Virus record (IMG/VR): IMGVR_UViG_3300037465_000419
Location: 1 to 30,861 of that record
Origin: a virus
Taxonomy: Duplodnaviria; Caudoviricetes
Reading direction: 5' to 3' (one strand)
DNA length: 30,861 bases
A program made the translations under genes and the position numbers. The notes beneath the pieces are model-generated. The model ran no database searches and was not told where the DNA came from. It saw nothing but the letters and a program-made list of their open reading frames with translations. Of this stretch, positions 18,199 through 26,808 are shown piece by piece. Within the stretch, counting starts at the first letter, position 1; the number at the start of each line of letters is the position of its first letter.

Positions 18199-18960
18199 TT
18201 ATGTCAATGAGTAAAATGGACAAATCTTGCGGTAACTACACCTGCTACAATGTGGTCCAACATTCCCTAATACACTGTTCGGGTTGGTCCTTTGGATTTC
18301 ATTATAGCATTTGAGCAAGTCAGCTTCAACTCTATCTAACGATTGTTCACTGAAACTAGCGCCAACCAACTCTGGTCCTTCTAAGTAATATAACGCAGCT
18401 TTGATATTTTCTGGTTTGGCATCAAATTCTTTTTGTACGACTCGTGCGTATGTTTTTAGTTGAAGGTCATTGATTATATCTTTTTGTGATTTTCTCCACG
18501 GACCTTTCTTGGTGGTTTTGTAGTCGAGAATCCAGAATTTATCACCTTTTTGTATTAGTCGGTCAATATATCCTGTTACAATTTTCCTGTGTGGCGGGTC
18601 TAAATCAAAGTTAAATTCCCATTCGGTGTAACCATCGAAACCAAGTTGGTCAGAAATTTTCTTGATGGCCCGAATATGTTCCACGATCTTGTTTTTGTAT
18701 TCTTGTGGCAGCTTAATTGTTTTCTTGCCATCGTCTAGCTTGATCTTACCGCTTAGAACATCGTCAGTAATTTCGGAAATAAGCGTTTCGCCTTTTCCTT
18801 CGATGTATTTTTCTGCTATCTTGTGTATAATTGAGCCATAAACTAGGTAGATCGGGTCTTCCTCAAGGGAAGGTATTTTCTCGTGGTATTTATATTTATA
18901 TTGTTGGGCACAAAGTTCCCAAACACCAACTCTTGATACACTTAAATGGTCAATATTCAT
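18199..18960 (-). CDS. PD-(D/E)xK exonuclease, Cas4/RecB/AddB-like, with 4-Cys Fe-S ligands
   Basis: HLSVS...C, GSIIH, E, GYIDRL, ILDYKT, QLKTY and C-terminal CxxCxxxxxC. Confidence 0.92.
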   Translation of the reverse strand: MNIDHLSVSRVGVWELCAQQYKYKYHEKIPSLEEDPIYLVYGSIIHKIAEKYIEGKGETLISEITDDVLSGKIKLDDGKKTIKLPQEYKNKIVEHIRAIKKISDQLGFDGYTEWEFNFDLDPPHRKIVTGYIDRLIQKGDKFWILDYKTTKKGPWRKSQKDIINDLQLKTYARVVQKEFDAKPENIKAALYYLEGPELVGASFSEQSLDRVEADLLKCYNEIQRTNPNSVLGNVGPHCSRCSYRKICPFYSLT

Positions 18961-18987
18961 ACGTTATTCCAGTAAAGGTAAATTAAA

Positions 18988-19591
18988 ATGAGTTACAATA
19001 ATATCTTTTTCGATGAATATAAAAATTACTTACAAGAACCTCAGGTCCGTAACACTCATGACTGGATGTTCCATATTTTTGAATCCATTTTTCCAAAATG
19101 GAAATATCCATTTAATATCATAGATTTCGGTTGCGGTCAATGCTGTGAATACCTAGAATACGGGAAACCTTCAAGTTATGCGGGCCTGGACTTAAATCCT
19201 CTGCCCCGCCCTGGACTTTTCCAATGTGATTACACAAAACTGACTGGCGAAGAAATTAAGGCTTTTACACCATTCCAATTACACAGTTTTGTTAGTTTGT
19301 TTTCGACGGAATGCTGCATGAACGCAGTGGACAAGTATGATTTCTACCGCAAGCTTTTCAGGGAAACTGATGTAGAAATGGGGTTGGTATCTGGTTTTTA
19401 TTACCAAAATAGGATAAAAGAGGAAAAGGTAAAAGAAACTGGTGGATCGATCCATTGAAGATCAGCGTGATTTTATTTGTTGTGAGTTTATAGAGTGGAG
19501 AACCTACATTAACGTACCATCCAAAATGTTTGGTCCTGACGTGGTGGAAATTTGGAAAATATTGGTTAGAAAACCTTCTTATGTCAATTGA
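18988..19591 (+). pseudogene. SAM-dependent methyltransferase-like gene interrupted by a frameshift at about 19445-19452
   Basis: IIDFGCG and YAGLDL motifs. The frame stops at 19458, but the +1 frame continues SIEDQRDFICCEF...KPSYVN* to 19591. Removing one GATC from GGATCGATCC restores a 199-aa ORF. Confidence 0.7.
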
Positions 19592-20594
19592 TTTTGATAG
19601 TTTTGTTCAATGGTGTGAAGATCGCTTTCCTGGTGAAGTAATCGTCAAAGGGAAAGAGGTCCGAATCAACTCAATCTTCTCGCCCGACCACAAGCGACAT
19701 ATGTGGTGCAACCCTTATGGTGGCAAGCATCATCGTGAGGATGGTGTCTACCGTTGTTTTTATACAGACAAGAAGGGAACTTTGGTCGGCCTTGTCATGG
19801 AAGTGGATAATTGCAGTTATGAAGAAGCCAAAGAATTACTTTCTGGCAATACACCTATTCGTGTCTTGGAAGATGAGTTAGATAAGTTTTTTCAAGAAAA
19901 AGAATATGAAAAAACAAATACTGAAGAACTTAAAATAAAGCTTCCTGAATATACCTACTTAATTACAGGTTTACCCAAATCAAGCTTACTAAGAATGGAA
20001 GCAGAAGATTGTTTAGCCAAGCGAAAATTGCCCACGGAAGGACTCTATGTTTGTTCTACAGGAAATTACAAGAATAGAATTATTATTCCATATTATGATG
20101 CTAACGGCAAGCTGATCTATTTTAATGGTCGTAATATGATGAATAAAGGATTACGCTACCTTGGTCCTGAGAAGGAAATTGGCGTGGGTAAAGGTGATGT
20201 TATTTACGCTTCTATTTGGCCATCAAAAGGTTCTAAGATATATTTAACTGAAGGAGAATTAGATGCTTTAACACTTAAAATCTGTGGTTTTAACGGGATG
20301 GCCTGTGGTGGAAAAACTCTAAGTGAGAAACAGATCGAATACATCAGGGATTATAAGATTTGTTTGGCGTTAGATGAAGATGAGGCTGGTTTTGCTGGAG
20401 TCTTGGAAATGGGTAGAAAACTAATGGCAAATCAGATATCGGAAATAACTTTTGTGCGTCCGCCTGTTGGTTTAAAAGATTGGAATAAGATGTTAGTTAG
20501 GTTAAATGAAGATATAATTAGCGCCTGGATTCATGAACATGAAAAACCGTTTGATGACTTCACGATTATGAAATTACTACTAAATAAGGACTAA
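19581..20594 (+). CDS. DNA primase (DnaG/T4 gp61-like); start revised to 19581
   Basis: NRIIIPYY, FNGR, RYL, TOPRIM motifs YLTEGELDA and LALDEDEAG, and KDWN. Confidence 0.92.
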   Translation: MSIDFDSFVQWCEDRFPGEVIVKGKEVRINSIFSPDHKRHMWCNPYGGKHHREDGVYRCFYTDKKGTLVGLVMEVDNCSYEEAKELLSGNTPIRVLEDELDKFFQEKEYEKTNTEELKIKLPEYTYLITGLPKSSLLRMEAEDCLAKRKLPTEGLYVCSTGNYKNRIIIPYYDANGKLIYFNGRNMMNKGLRYLGPEKEIGVGKGDVIYASIWPSKGSKIYLTEGELDALTLKICGFNGMACGGKTLSEKQIEYIRDYKICLALDEDEAGFAGVLEMGRKLMANQISEITFVRPPVGLKDWNKMLVRLNEDIISAWIHEHEKPFDDFTIMKLLLNKD

Positions 20595-20601
20595 ATAAGA
20601 T

Positions 20602-21216
20602 ATGACTCCTGAGGTTATGCAGTTTGGGGAAAAAATAATTCTGCCAATAGAGGTCACTAATAAAAGAATTGTTGAAGTTGGTTCTTATAACGTTAACGGC
20701 TCTTTCTCGACATTTGTAAAAAAATATAAACCCAAGGAATATCTTGGTTTAGACCTTACTCCTTGCGACCATGATGGCTGGGTCTGTAATGATGGTAGTG
20801 CTGTTCATTTAGAAGAACCTTGTGTAAATTTAGTCATGGATGTTTTAGAACTTGTAGACAGATTTGGAAAAGAGTCGTTTGATTATGTTATATGTACTGA
20901 AATGCTAGAACATGCGGAAAATTGGAAAGCTTGTATTTCTGTAATGAAAAATGCTTTGAAGTCTAATGGCTATTTGGTACTAACTACTCGGTCGCCTGGG
21001 TTTCCAGTACACAGCTATCCCGATGATTGGTGGCGATTTACGGTTGAGGATATGCAATATATTTTCGCAGATTGTGAAATTTTGGCTTTAGAATCTGAGA
21101 AAACGGCAGAAGGCGTTGATATTAAAGTCAAAAAACCCGTGAACTTTAAAGAGCGGATTATAGATATAGACGTTTTTTCAATGAAAACATTAAGGCATGT
21201 CCCTAGAGACATTTAA
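20602..21216 (+). CDS. Class I SAM-dependent methyltransferase
   Basis: IVEVGSxxVNGS, YLGLDL, SFDYVICTEMLEH, LKxxG and HSYPDDWWRFT; a type often found in glycan loci. Confidence 0.88.
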   Translation: MTPEVMQFGEKIILPIEVTNKRIVEVGSYNVNGSFSTFVKKYKPKEYLGLDLTPCDHDGWVCNDGSAVHLEEPCVNLVMDVLELVDRFGKESFDYVICTEMLEHAENWKACISVMKNALKSNGYLVLTTRSPGFPVHSYPDDWWRFTVEDMQYIFADCEILALESEKTAEGVDIKVKKPVNFKERIIDIDVFSMKTLRHVPRDI

Positions 21217-21522
21217 AAAACCAACTGTCATCTTTTTCTTCTTTTTGGCTTCCGTTAAATCCCGCTTTTCAACATACGCAGCAAAGGATTCATCTTTGAA
21301 TTCTTCTTTCTTTTTAGGTGTGCCAGAGGTGGTGTGTGGTTGCTCTTTATAATGTGGCGTGTCGCCTTCTTTCTTTTTTTGAGTGAAGATAGCATAAGGG
21401 CATAATTTACCAGTACCCTTCTTTTTGCAGGCTTCCTTACTGAATTTTTCTGGATGATGGGTTAAAGCCGCTCTAATTGTACCGCGCCAACCTTTATAAG
21501 CTTTGTTATCTGGTCCTGGCAT
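21190..21522 (-). CDS. Small Lys-rich protein, possibly capsid-internal/DNA-binding
   Basis: Very basic. TAAATA 6 nt upstream of the ATG. Internal SFAAYVE...LTEAKKKK. Confidence 0.6.
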   Translation of the reverse strand: MPGPDNKAYKGWRGTIRAALTHHPEKFSKEACKKKGTGKLCPYAIFTQKKKEGDTPHYKEQPHTTSGTPKKKEEFKDESFAAYVEKRDLTEAKKKKKMTVGFLNVSRDMP

Positions 21523-21553
21523 AATAACTATTTAGCTTTACTCTATTGATTTC

Positions 21554-21940
21554 ATGAAAGAGTATTTCAAATATTTTGTTGGTAAAGCTGTAACCATTAC
21601 TACTGTGCAAATTAATTTTCGCTTTAAGGAAGAGGCGATGGCAGACTATTTCTCTGGCATACTTGAGATTGTTGATGACAAAGGATTATGGCTGTTGCAT
21701 CCCATAACAAAAACAAGGACTTTCATTCTCCATCCTTATATCGTTTCTGTAAGTGAGGAGCAAATGCTATTTGAAGACAATCCTGAACATGCTAAGATAA
21801 TTGAGGAATATCGACAGACGAAGCCTTTAACGGCAGCAAAACGTGCAGTTGCCCCAACTAAGGAACCCTTTGTAAATCCCGCTGCCTTGGCTGAGATGGC
21901 CAAAAAAGCACAACAGGCTTTTATTAAGGAGCAAAAATGA
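21554..21940 (+). CDS. Hypothetical protein, possible Sm/LSm-like fold
   Basis: FVGKAVTI...FSGILxxVDDxGLWL...FI....IVSV resembles Sm1/Sm2 motifs. Overlaps the glpX start (ATGA). Confidence 0.5.
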   Translation: MKEYFKYFVGKAVTITTVQINFRFKEEAMADYFSGILEIVDDKGLWLLHPITKTRTFILHPYIVSVSEEQMLFEDNPEHAKIIEEYRQTKPLTAAKRAVAPTKEPFVNPAALAEMAKKAQQAFIKEQK

Positions 21941-22854
21941 AGCTCTTAGGTCTTGATTTAGTAAGAGCAACAGAAAATAGCGCTATCGCCGCTTCGCACT
22001 GGATCGGGAGTGGGGATAAACTAGAGGCAGACAAAGCAGCCACCGAAGCAATGAGACGCCGATTAAATAAGATGGAGTTTCGTGGGGCGATTGCAATAGG
22101 TGAAGGTAAAAAAGACGGTTCTTATGGCCTTTATCGTGGGGAAGAGGTCGGTAATTTCCGAGAGCAAACGACCCCAGCATTAGACATAGCTGTTGACCCA
22201 ATAGAAGGGACACGCCCAACCGTAACCTCAGGTCCAGAAGCAATGTCTACAATAGCTGTGGCCGATGGTGGTAGCATGTTCCACACAGATGAATTCTATA
22301 TGAACAAATTGGCTTTTGGACCAATAATTGCTAAGACTGTGCAATTAAATATAAATGATCCAATTGAACGAACAATACAATTAGTTTCGCTTGCTAATGG
22401 CAAGAAAGTTACTGATATCATGGTCTGTATCTTGGATCGGCCACGCCATACAGAAGTAATTGAGAGAATGCGAAAACTAGGTGTCAGAGTTAAGTTAATA
22501 CAAGACTGCGATGTTTCTGGTGCTATAGCGGCTTGTTTGCCAGATCGAGGTATTGATTTGTTATATGGTGTAGGCGGCGCACCAGAAGCAGTGTTAACTG
22601 CATGTGCTGTGAAGTGTTTGGGAGGCGGCTTCCAAGCACAATTATGTGATAAAGAAGGTAAGAACCTAGATGATAAAGTTTATAATCAGAATGAGTTGGT
22701 AATTGGCCATTGTGTTTTTGCTGCAACTGGAATAACGGACGGCAGCCTTTTAAAAGGTGTCCGTTTTAGTGAATTTGGACCAACTACCAGCAGTGTTTTT
22801 ATGCGGTCAGAAAGTGGTACTGTGCGATGGCTTACTAGCTATCATGGGAATTAA
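21937..22854 (+). CDS. glpX: Class II fructose-1,6-bisphosphatase (FBPase/SBPase)
   Basis: LVRATE, ADKAATEAMR, IGEG, DIAVDPIEGT, YMNKL, LDRPRH, DxDV, GGAPE and AATGITDGSLLKGV. Confidence 0.96.
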   Translation: MKLLGLDLVRATENSAIAASHWIGSGDKLEADKAATEAMRRRLNKMEFRGAIAIGEGKKDGSYGLYRGEEVGNFREQTTPALDIAVDPIEGTRPTVTSGPEAMSTIAVADGGSMFHTDEFYMNKLAFGPIIAKTVQLNINDPIERTIQLVSLANGKKVTDIMVCILDRPRHTEVIERMRKLGVRVKLIQDCDVSGAIAACLPDRGIDLLYGVGGAPEAVLTACAVKCLGGGFQAQLCDKEGKNLDDKVYNQNELVIGHCVFAATGITDGSLLKGVRFSEFGPTTSSVFMRSESGTVRWLTSYHGN

Positions 22855-24701
22855 GCTCGTAATAAGGATTTAATATATTGAACCCTTTCTGACACAGGAA
22901 TTGTTTCCAAATGTAATCTTGGTTTGAGCATTTTGCCAATTCGGACAAATGCCGATTCATTTTTACCATATTCAGGATTTTCTATATTTAATCTTATTAA
23001 TTTAATTGCTTCGGATCGCTCAGGAGAACCTGCCTTACCGAAATTTTGAATATATTCATCTTCTAGAAGATGTGGTAAGTCTAGACTTTTGACATAGTTT
23101 TTAAAATCCTTTATTTTCATTGCCATCATTTCTTCATCAGATTTTAGTTCTTTTGTAACTGGTTCCTCTCCAGCCTTAGATGGTGTTTCTTTAGGCGTTC
23201 CAGGTTGTCCTAAACTTTCATCTGGTTTGCTTTGCGCACCGAGAGATTGAGCATATAAATTGGCAAACTTGATACTTTCTTCAAATTCTTCACCTTCAGG
23301 TTCGTAACTCACCATTTTGCTAGAAAAAAACTGATTGAAGTCGTCAGCACTGAATTTTTTGTTTGGATTTACTATTATCTCCTTTGTGCCGTCTTTATGT
23401 ATCTTATGTTTATCCATACCCATACTTTTTAGAGTAAGCCCTATCTTGGCTAAAGCTTTTGGGTCATCCTTAACTTTGTTGTAGAGATCAATAAAATCTT
23501 TCTCATCCTTAATACCTTCTTTTGCTGGTTCCGCAGGTGCTACTGCTGTTGGCTCCGATGATACTGGCTCGGCTGGCCCTGCCACTGATGGCGAACCTGC
23601 TGCTGCTAAGGCAGCTTGTCTTTCTTTTTCTTCTTTATCGGTCCTTATTTTTGCCCAATGTTGATGCATTCGATCTTTTCGTCGCTGGCGTTCTTCAGGA
23701 GTGAGATTCTGCGTTCTTTTCGTTGGCAATACAGACGTTGGTTCTGGCGTAGGTACTGTTGATGTTGGTGTAACTGGCGGTGCGACCGTAGTAGGTGTAG
23801 GGCTACTTGCAGTCGCGGAATGTTTGCCTAATTCTGCCCAGCCTGGATGGGGTTGTTTCATAGGATTAACCGTTTTGCCAGGAACAGCATTTTGGTTTGT
23901 GGGCATTGTGCCTGTTTGAGCCAATCGGTATGCTCTTGCTGAACTTAGCTGGTCAATCATGCTATCCAAAGAATTAATGAAATTAGGATGCATTTCAAAG
24001 TTTTGAGATAGTTCTTTTAACTTCTTGAGAGCGTCAACAGCTTTTTGTTTTGTTTGCTCGAAATTGCGTTGGGTTTGCCTGTATTGCCAAACTCGCTTGA
24101 GTAAATTGGAAGTACCTCCGTATAAACCGCCTGCCAAACCGCCTAAACCTGCGCCTGCGAAACTTCCTCCCAAGCCTCCAGGTAAACCTGCCAAAACTCC
24201 ATATCCTGCACCAGTTGCAGCATGTTTCCAAACGTCACCCCAAAAATTACCTAATTCTTCATTGAATTGAGCTTCGGGAAGTGTGTGGGCTGCTTTATAC
24301 CATTCAATAAAGATTTCAAGCGGAAACTGCTTTTCTTCAATTAATTGCGCCGTAATTTCTAATTTTAGTTCGTTGTCCTTTGATGCTAAAATCTTAGTAT
24401 AATTATTTATAAAAGCATCTTGAGTTTTGGTTAGAATTTGATCTTCACCGCCATGATTTAACGCAAAATTATTATTTAGGTTTTCAACTATGTTCTTTAA
24501 GTAGGTGTACTCGGATAGAGACAGTTTTAAAGAAGTGTTTTCTTTGATTTGGCTTCGGGTCCAGTTTTCCAAAGGGGCTACCCATTCATAACGTGGGGCT
24601 TTGATATCATGAACTTTATGCTTAATTTCTGCAAATAAACTATTGACTTCTTTTATTTTTTCTTGATATAATTTTTCCCTGATCTTTAGCCACTTACTCA
24701 T
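22851..24701 (-). CDS. Large hypothetical protein (616 aa) with glycine-zipper hydrophobic segment and Pro/Thr linker; probable virion-internal protein
   Basis: AATGAGYGVLAGLPGGLGGSFAGAGLGGLAGGLYGG, PT-rich low-complexity region, TAGATA 5 nt upstream. Confidence 0.65.
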   Translation of the reverse strand: MSKWLKIREKLYQEKIKEVNSLFAEIKHKVHDIKAPRYEWVAPLENWTRSQIKENTSLKLSLSEYTYLKNIVENLNNNFALNHGGEDQILTKTQDAFINNYTKILASKDNELKLEITAQLIEEKQFPLEIFIEWYKAAHTLPEAQFNEELGNFWGDVWKHAATGAGYGVLAGLPGGLGGSFAGAGLGGLAGGLYGGTSNLLKRVWQYRQTQRNFEQTKQKAVDALKKLKELSQNFEMHPNFINSLDSMIDQLSSARAYRLAQTGTMPTNQNAVPGKTVNPMKQPHPGWAELGKHSATASSPTPTTVAPPVTPTSTVPTPEPTSVLPTKRTQNLTPEERQRRKDRMHQHWAKIRTDKEEKERQAALAAAGSPSVAGPAEPVSSEPTAVAPAEPAKEGIKDEKDFIDLYNKVKDDPKALAKIGLTLKSMGMDKHKIHKDGTKEIIVNPNKKFSADDFNQFFSSKMVSYEPEGEEFEESIKFANLYAQSLGAQSKPDESLGQPGTPKETPSKAGEEPVTKELKSDEEMMAMKIKDFKNYVKSLDLPHLLEDEYIQNFGKAGSPERSEAIKLIRLNIENPEYGKNESAFVRIGKMLKPRLHLETIPVSERVQYIKSLLRA

Positions 24702-24709
24702 GCCAATAT

Positions 24710-24928
24710 CTAGTTAGTTTCAGGCAGTTTTTTTAGTGACATTAGACAAGAATCGAAACGATGAAATTCGCTGTTTAAATATTTTCTATAAAGCCTGTCG
24801 AATTCCTCTTCATCCTTTTCATCAATTTCGAAAATTATAGTCTTTCCTTTTTTGCCTATTGCTTCATACTTGTGCATCATATAATAAGCCGCTGCACCTA
24901 AATCATTAATTAGTTTCTGCACACCCAT
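24710..24928 (-). CDS. Small conserved phage protein (DUF5659-like)
   Basis: DLGAAAY...IFE...F...L..LK pattern. GAAAGGA RBS. Confidence 0.55.
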   Translation of the reverse strand: MGVQKLINDLGAAAYYMMHKYEAIGKKGKTIIFEIDEKDEEEFDRLYRKYLNSEFHRFDSCLMSLKKLPETN

Positions 24929-24963
24929 TCCATTCCTTTCTATTCTATAATTATATTAGATGA

Positions 24964-24985
24964 ACCTTGGGAGTAATCCCAAGGT
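24964..24985. terminator. Stem-loop (terminator or processing hairpin)
   Basis: ACCTTGGGA-GTAA-TCCCAAGGT, a perfect 9-bp stem just after the stop of 25000..25608. No clear U-tract. Confidence 0.55.
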
Positions 24986-24999
24986 CCACGAACCCACAC

Positions 25000-25608
25000 T
25001 TAAATGAATAACCCATTTAGTTTTTTCGTAACAATATTGCATATTACTGCTTGCGCGTTTAAATCTTCCGAAATATTTAATAATCCATGGTAGGCCAACG
25101 CTATCTTTTCCATGCTAATTTTCGTTGGACAATTATTGATATCTAGGACTGGACTCCAAGAATTTTCACTCCACGCAAGTTCTAACTTCGGGAACGACCT
25201 GTTGAGTTTAAGGAGAATATAATCCATCAGGTCTTTGGTAGGGCAGAATACTTGTGGTTCCAAGTCGGCGCGCCCGACTTTAACATCGGCTAGTCGTCGC
25301 CACATGGCGAATTCGTCAACATCCTTACGAAAACCACACTTAATTCTAGCTTCATTTAAATCAGGCAGACAACAATCACTTGATTCATCGTCAAAACAAA
25401 GCTTTGGTTCTTTGCCCTTTAAACCACAGGCTTCTTGGATATTTTCGAGTGTTTCTTGATGTTTCTTCTTACGCCACTCTTCCTCGGCTTTTTCGGCTTG
25501 TTTAATGATTTCTTTGACTTCTTTAACATTTTGGTCGCCCAAAGCTACGACCTCTGGCTCTGCGTCAGGATGTAGTGTTACACCCTCTTCATAATTATAG
25601 ATTTCCAT
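25000..25608 (-). CDS. Hypothetical protein (202 aa)
   Basis: AGAAAGG RBS, long ORF, several Cys. Confidence 0.7.
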   Translation of the reverse strand: MEIYNYEEGVTLHPDAEPEVVALGDQNVKEVKEIIKQAEKAEEEWRKKKHQETLENIQEACGLKGKEPKLCFDDESSDCCLPDLNEARIKCGFRKDVDEFAMWRRLADVKVGRADLEPQVFCPTKDLMDYILLKLNRSFPKLELAWSENSWSPVLDINNCPTKISMEKIALAYHGLLNISEDLNAQAVICNIVTKKLNGLFI

Positions 25609-25634
25609 TTTTTGCCTTTCTAATTAACAAAATG

Positions 25635-25703
25635 CCTTATATCGTCTAGCAACGAGGCCCAGGTATAATGGATTCATTCCATACAACCTGAGTTACTATA
25701 AGG
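25635..25703 (-). ncRNA. Candidate structured leader RNA (three-way junction)
   Basis: P1 CCUUAUA/UAUAAGG encloses P2 CUCAGGU..AUGGA/UCCAU..ACCUGGG and P3 UCGUU-GCUA-GACGA. Hand-folded only. Confidence 0.4.
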
Positions 25704-25747
25704 GTTGCAATCTATCTATGATATTGGTTGAAATTTTTATTAACCTT

Positions 25748-26764
25748 TTACCCAATTAGTGAGTTTTCTGCTGCAATTAGACACCCTCTAGCAACACTAA
25801 ATAGTGGATCATTTGGTCTGACGATATTGCCAATTTGAATTGGAAGTTCCGCCTGTTTGATTATGTCACGGAAAAGTATGTCAAATCCCACTGGTAGAGA
25901 CGTACCTCCTGCGATAACGATATCAACAGGTTTGTCGGAACGAGCCTTTTTCCCAGCTTCACTCAACCCTTTCTTAATAACATTCGCCGTCTTTTCGATC
26001 ATGATGCGATACTGAGTTTGAATTGCACGCTCGACTAGGCTTGTTGGGTCTGAATTTAAAGCAATCTTAGTTTTTTCTTGATTAATGAAGGTTGTACTCT
26101 CTCCAGTGGCTTTTGCAGCCATCTTATCAATCCAATCGCCGCTATTCACAATTGCGAAAGTAAAAACGGGAACGCCGAACATGGCATAACAAAGGTTGAC
26201 CATGCCCGCACCGAAAGATATTCCGATACCTGTGTAATTATCACCCTTGAGTTCTGCGTAAACCAGAGCCAAACCTTCGTTAATCGGGAATGCCTTTACC
26301 TTCTTGCCTTCATCTGATTCATAAGCAGCGAAGATAGATTCAAGAACCTTAGTATGGAACTCCGTGTCAGTTTCTTCATTAATTGCATTGGCTGGTACGC
26401 TGTAGTAGAGAACGTCGTTGTTATTCTTAACGTTGCCTTCTAGTAAACTGTGAATCATGATACTCATGACTTCGTAAGCTTCCTTTTCTTTGGAGTTTAC
26501 GCAGCCATCACGCATCGGTCGTTTGAGTTCTAATTGAGACAGAGTATAAGCCATACGAACTGCTTTCTCACCAAGAGCATAAGCCTTCTTGGTCTTTTCT
26601 CGCTCAATGAGAGGTACTCCTACGGTCTTCATCATCTGGAAAACGAGACGGTCTTCCAAAGGTATTTCTAAGAAAGCATTTACTTCACGATCATAAACGA
26701 AATTCTTTTTATCGTCCCGTGTGCAACACACAAGATTATAAGTTCCTGCATCAAAACCCACCAT
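25748..26764 (-). CDS. Actin-superfamily ATPase, volactin-like
   Basis: Phosphate-1 VGFDAGT, connect-1 PINEGLA, phosphate-2 GISFGAGMVN, GDWID, adenosine IAGGTS and connect-2 PLFSVARG. GGAAGG RBS. Confidence 0.88.
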   Translation of the reverse strand: MVGFDAGTYNLVCCTRDDKKNFVYDREVNAFLEIPLEDRLVFQMMKTVGVPLIEREKTKKAYALGEKAVRMAYTLSQLELKRPMRDGCVNSKEKEAYEVMSIMIHSLLEGNVKNNNDVLYYSVPANAINEETDTEFHTKVLESIFAAYESDEGKKVKAFPINEGLALVYAELKGDNYTGIGISFGAGMVNLCYAMFGVPVFTFAIVNSGDWIDKMAAKATGESTTFINQEKTKIALNSDPTSLVERAIQTQYRIMIEKTANVIKKGLSEAGKKARSDKPVDIVIAGGTSLPVGFDILFRDIIKQAELPIQIGNIVRPNDPLFSVARGCLIAAENSLIG

Positions 26765-26808
26765 TACATCACCTTCCTTTTATTACCTATCCAATATATT
26801 AAAGACAT

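Noticed and set aside
18199-18960. CRISPR-Cas locus
   Set aside because: Only a solo Cas4-like nuclease is present; no cas1, cas2 or repeat-spacer array was seen.
19530-19580. Primase start at TTG 19530 as given in the ORF track
   Set aside because: This stretch is better explained as the frameshifted tail of the upstream methyltransferase. ATG 19581 gives a normal N-terminus.
23522-24270. ORFs such as the PAKPP-repeat 24025..24270 and Arg-rich 24034..24231
   Set aside because: They are antisense or alternate-frame shadows of the Gly-rich and Pro-rich parts of the 616-aa gene.
25635-25703. Hammerhead ribozyme or tRNA
   Set aside because: It lacks the CUGANGA/GAAA core and has no cloverleaf or T-loop signature.
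25748-26764. Archaeal host or cellular origin inferred from the volactin-like gene
   Set aside because: The context is T4-like phage with bacterial-type glpX, CYTH and SD motifs, and the protein lacks halophilic acidity. The host cannot be assigned from this window.
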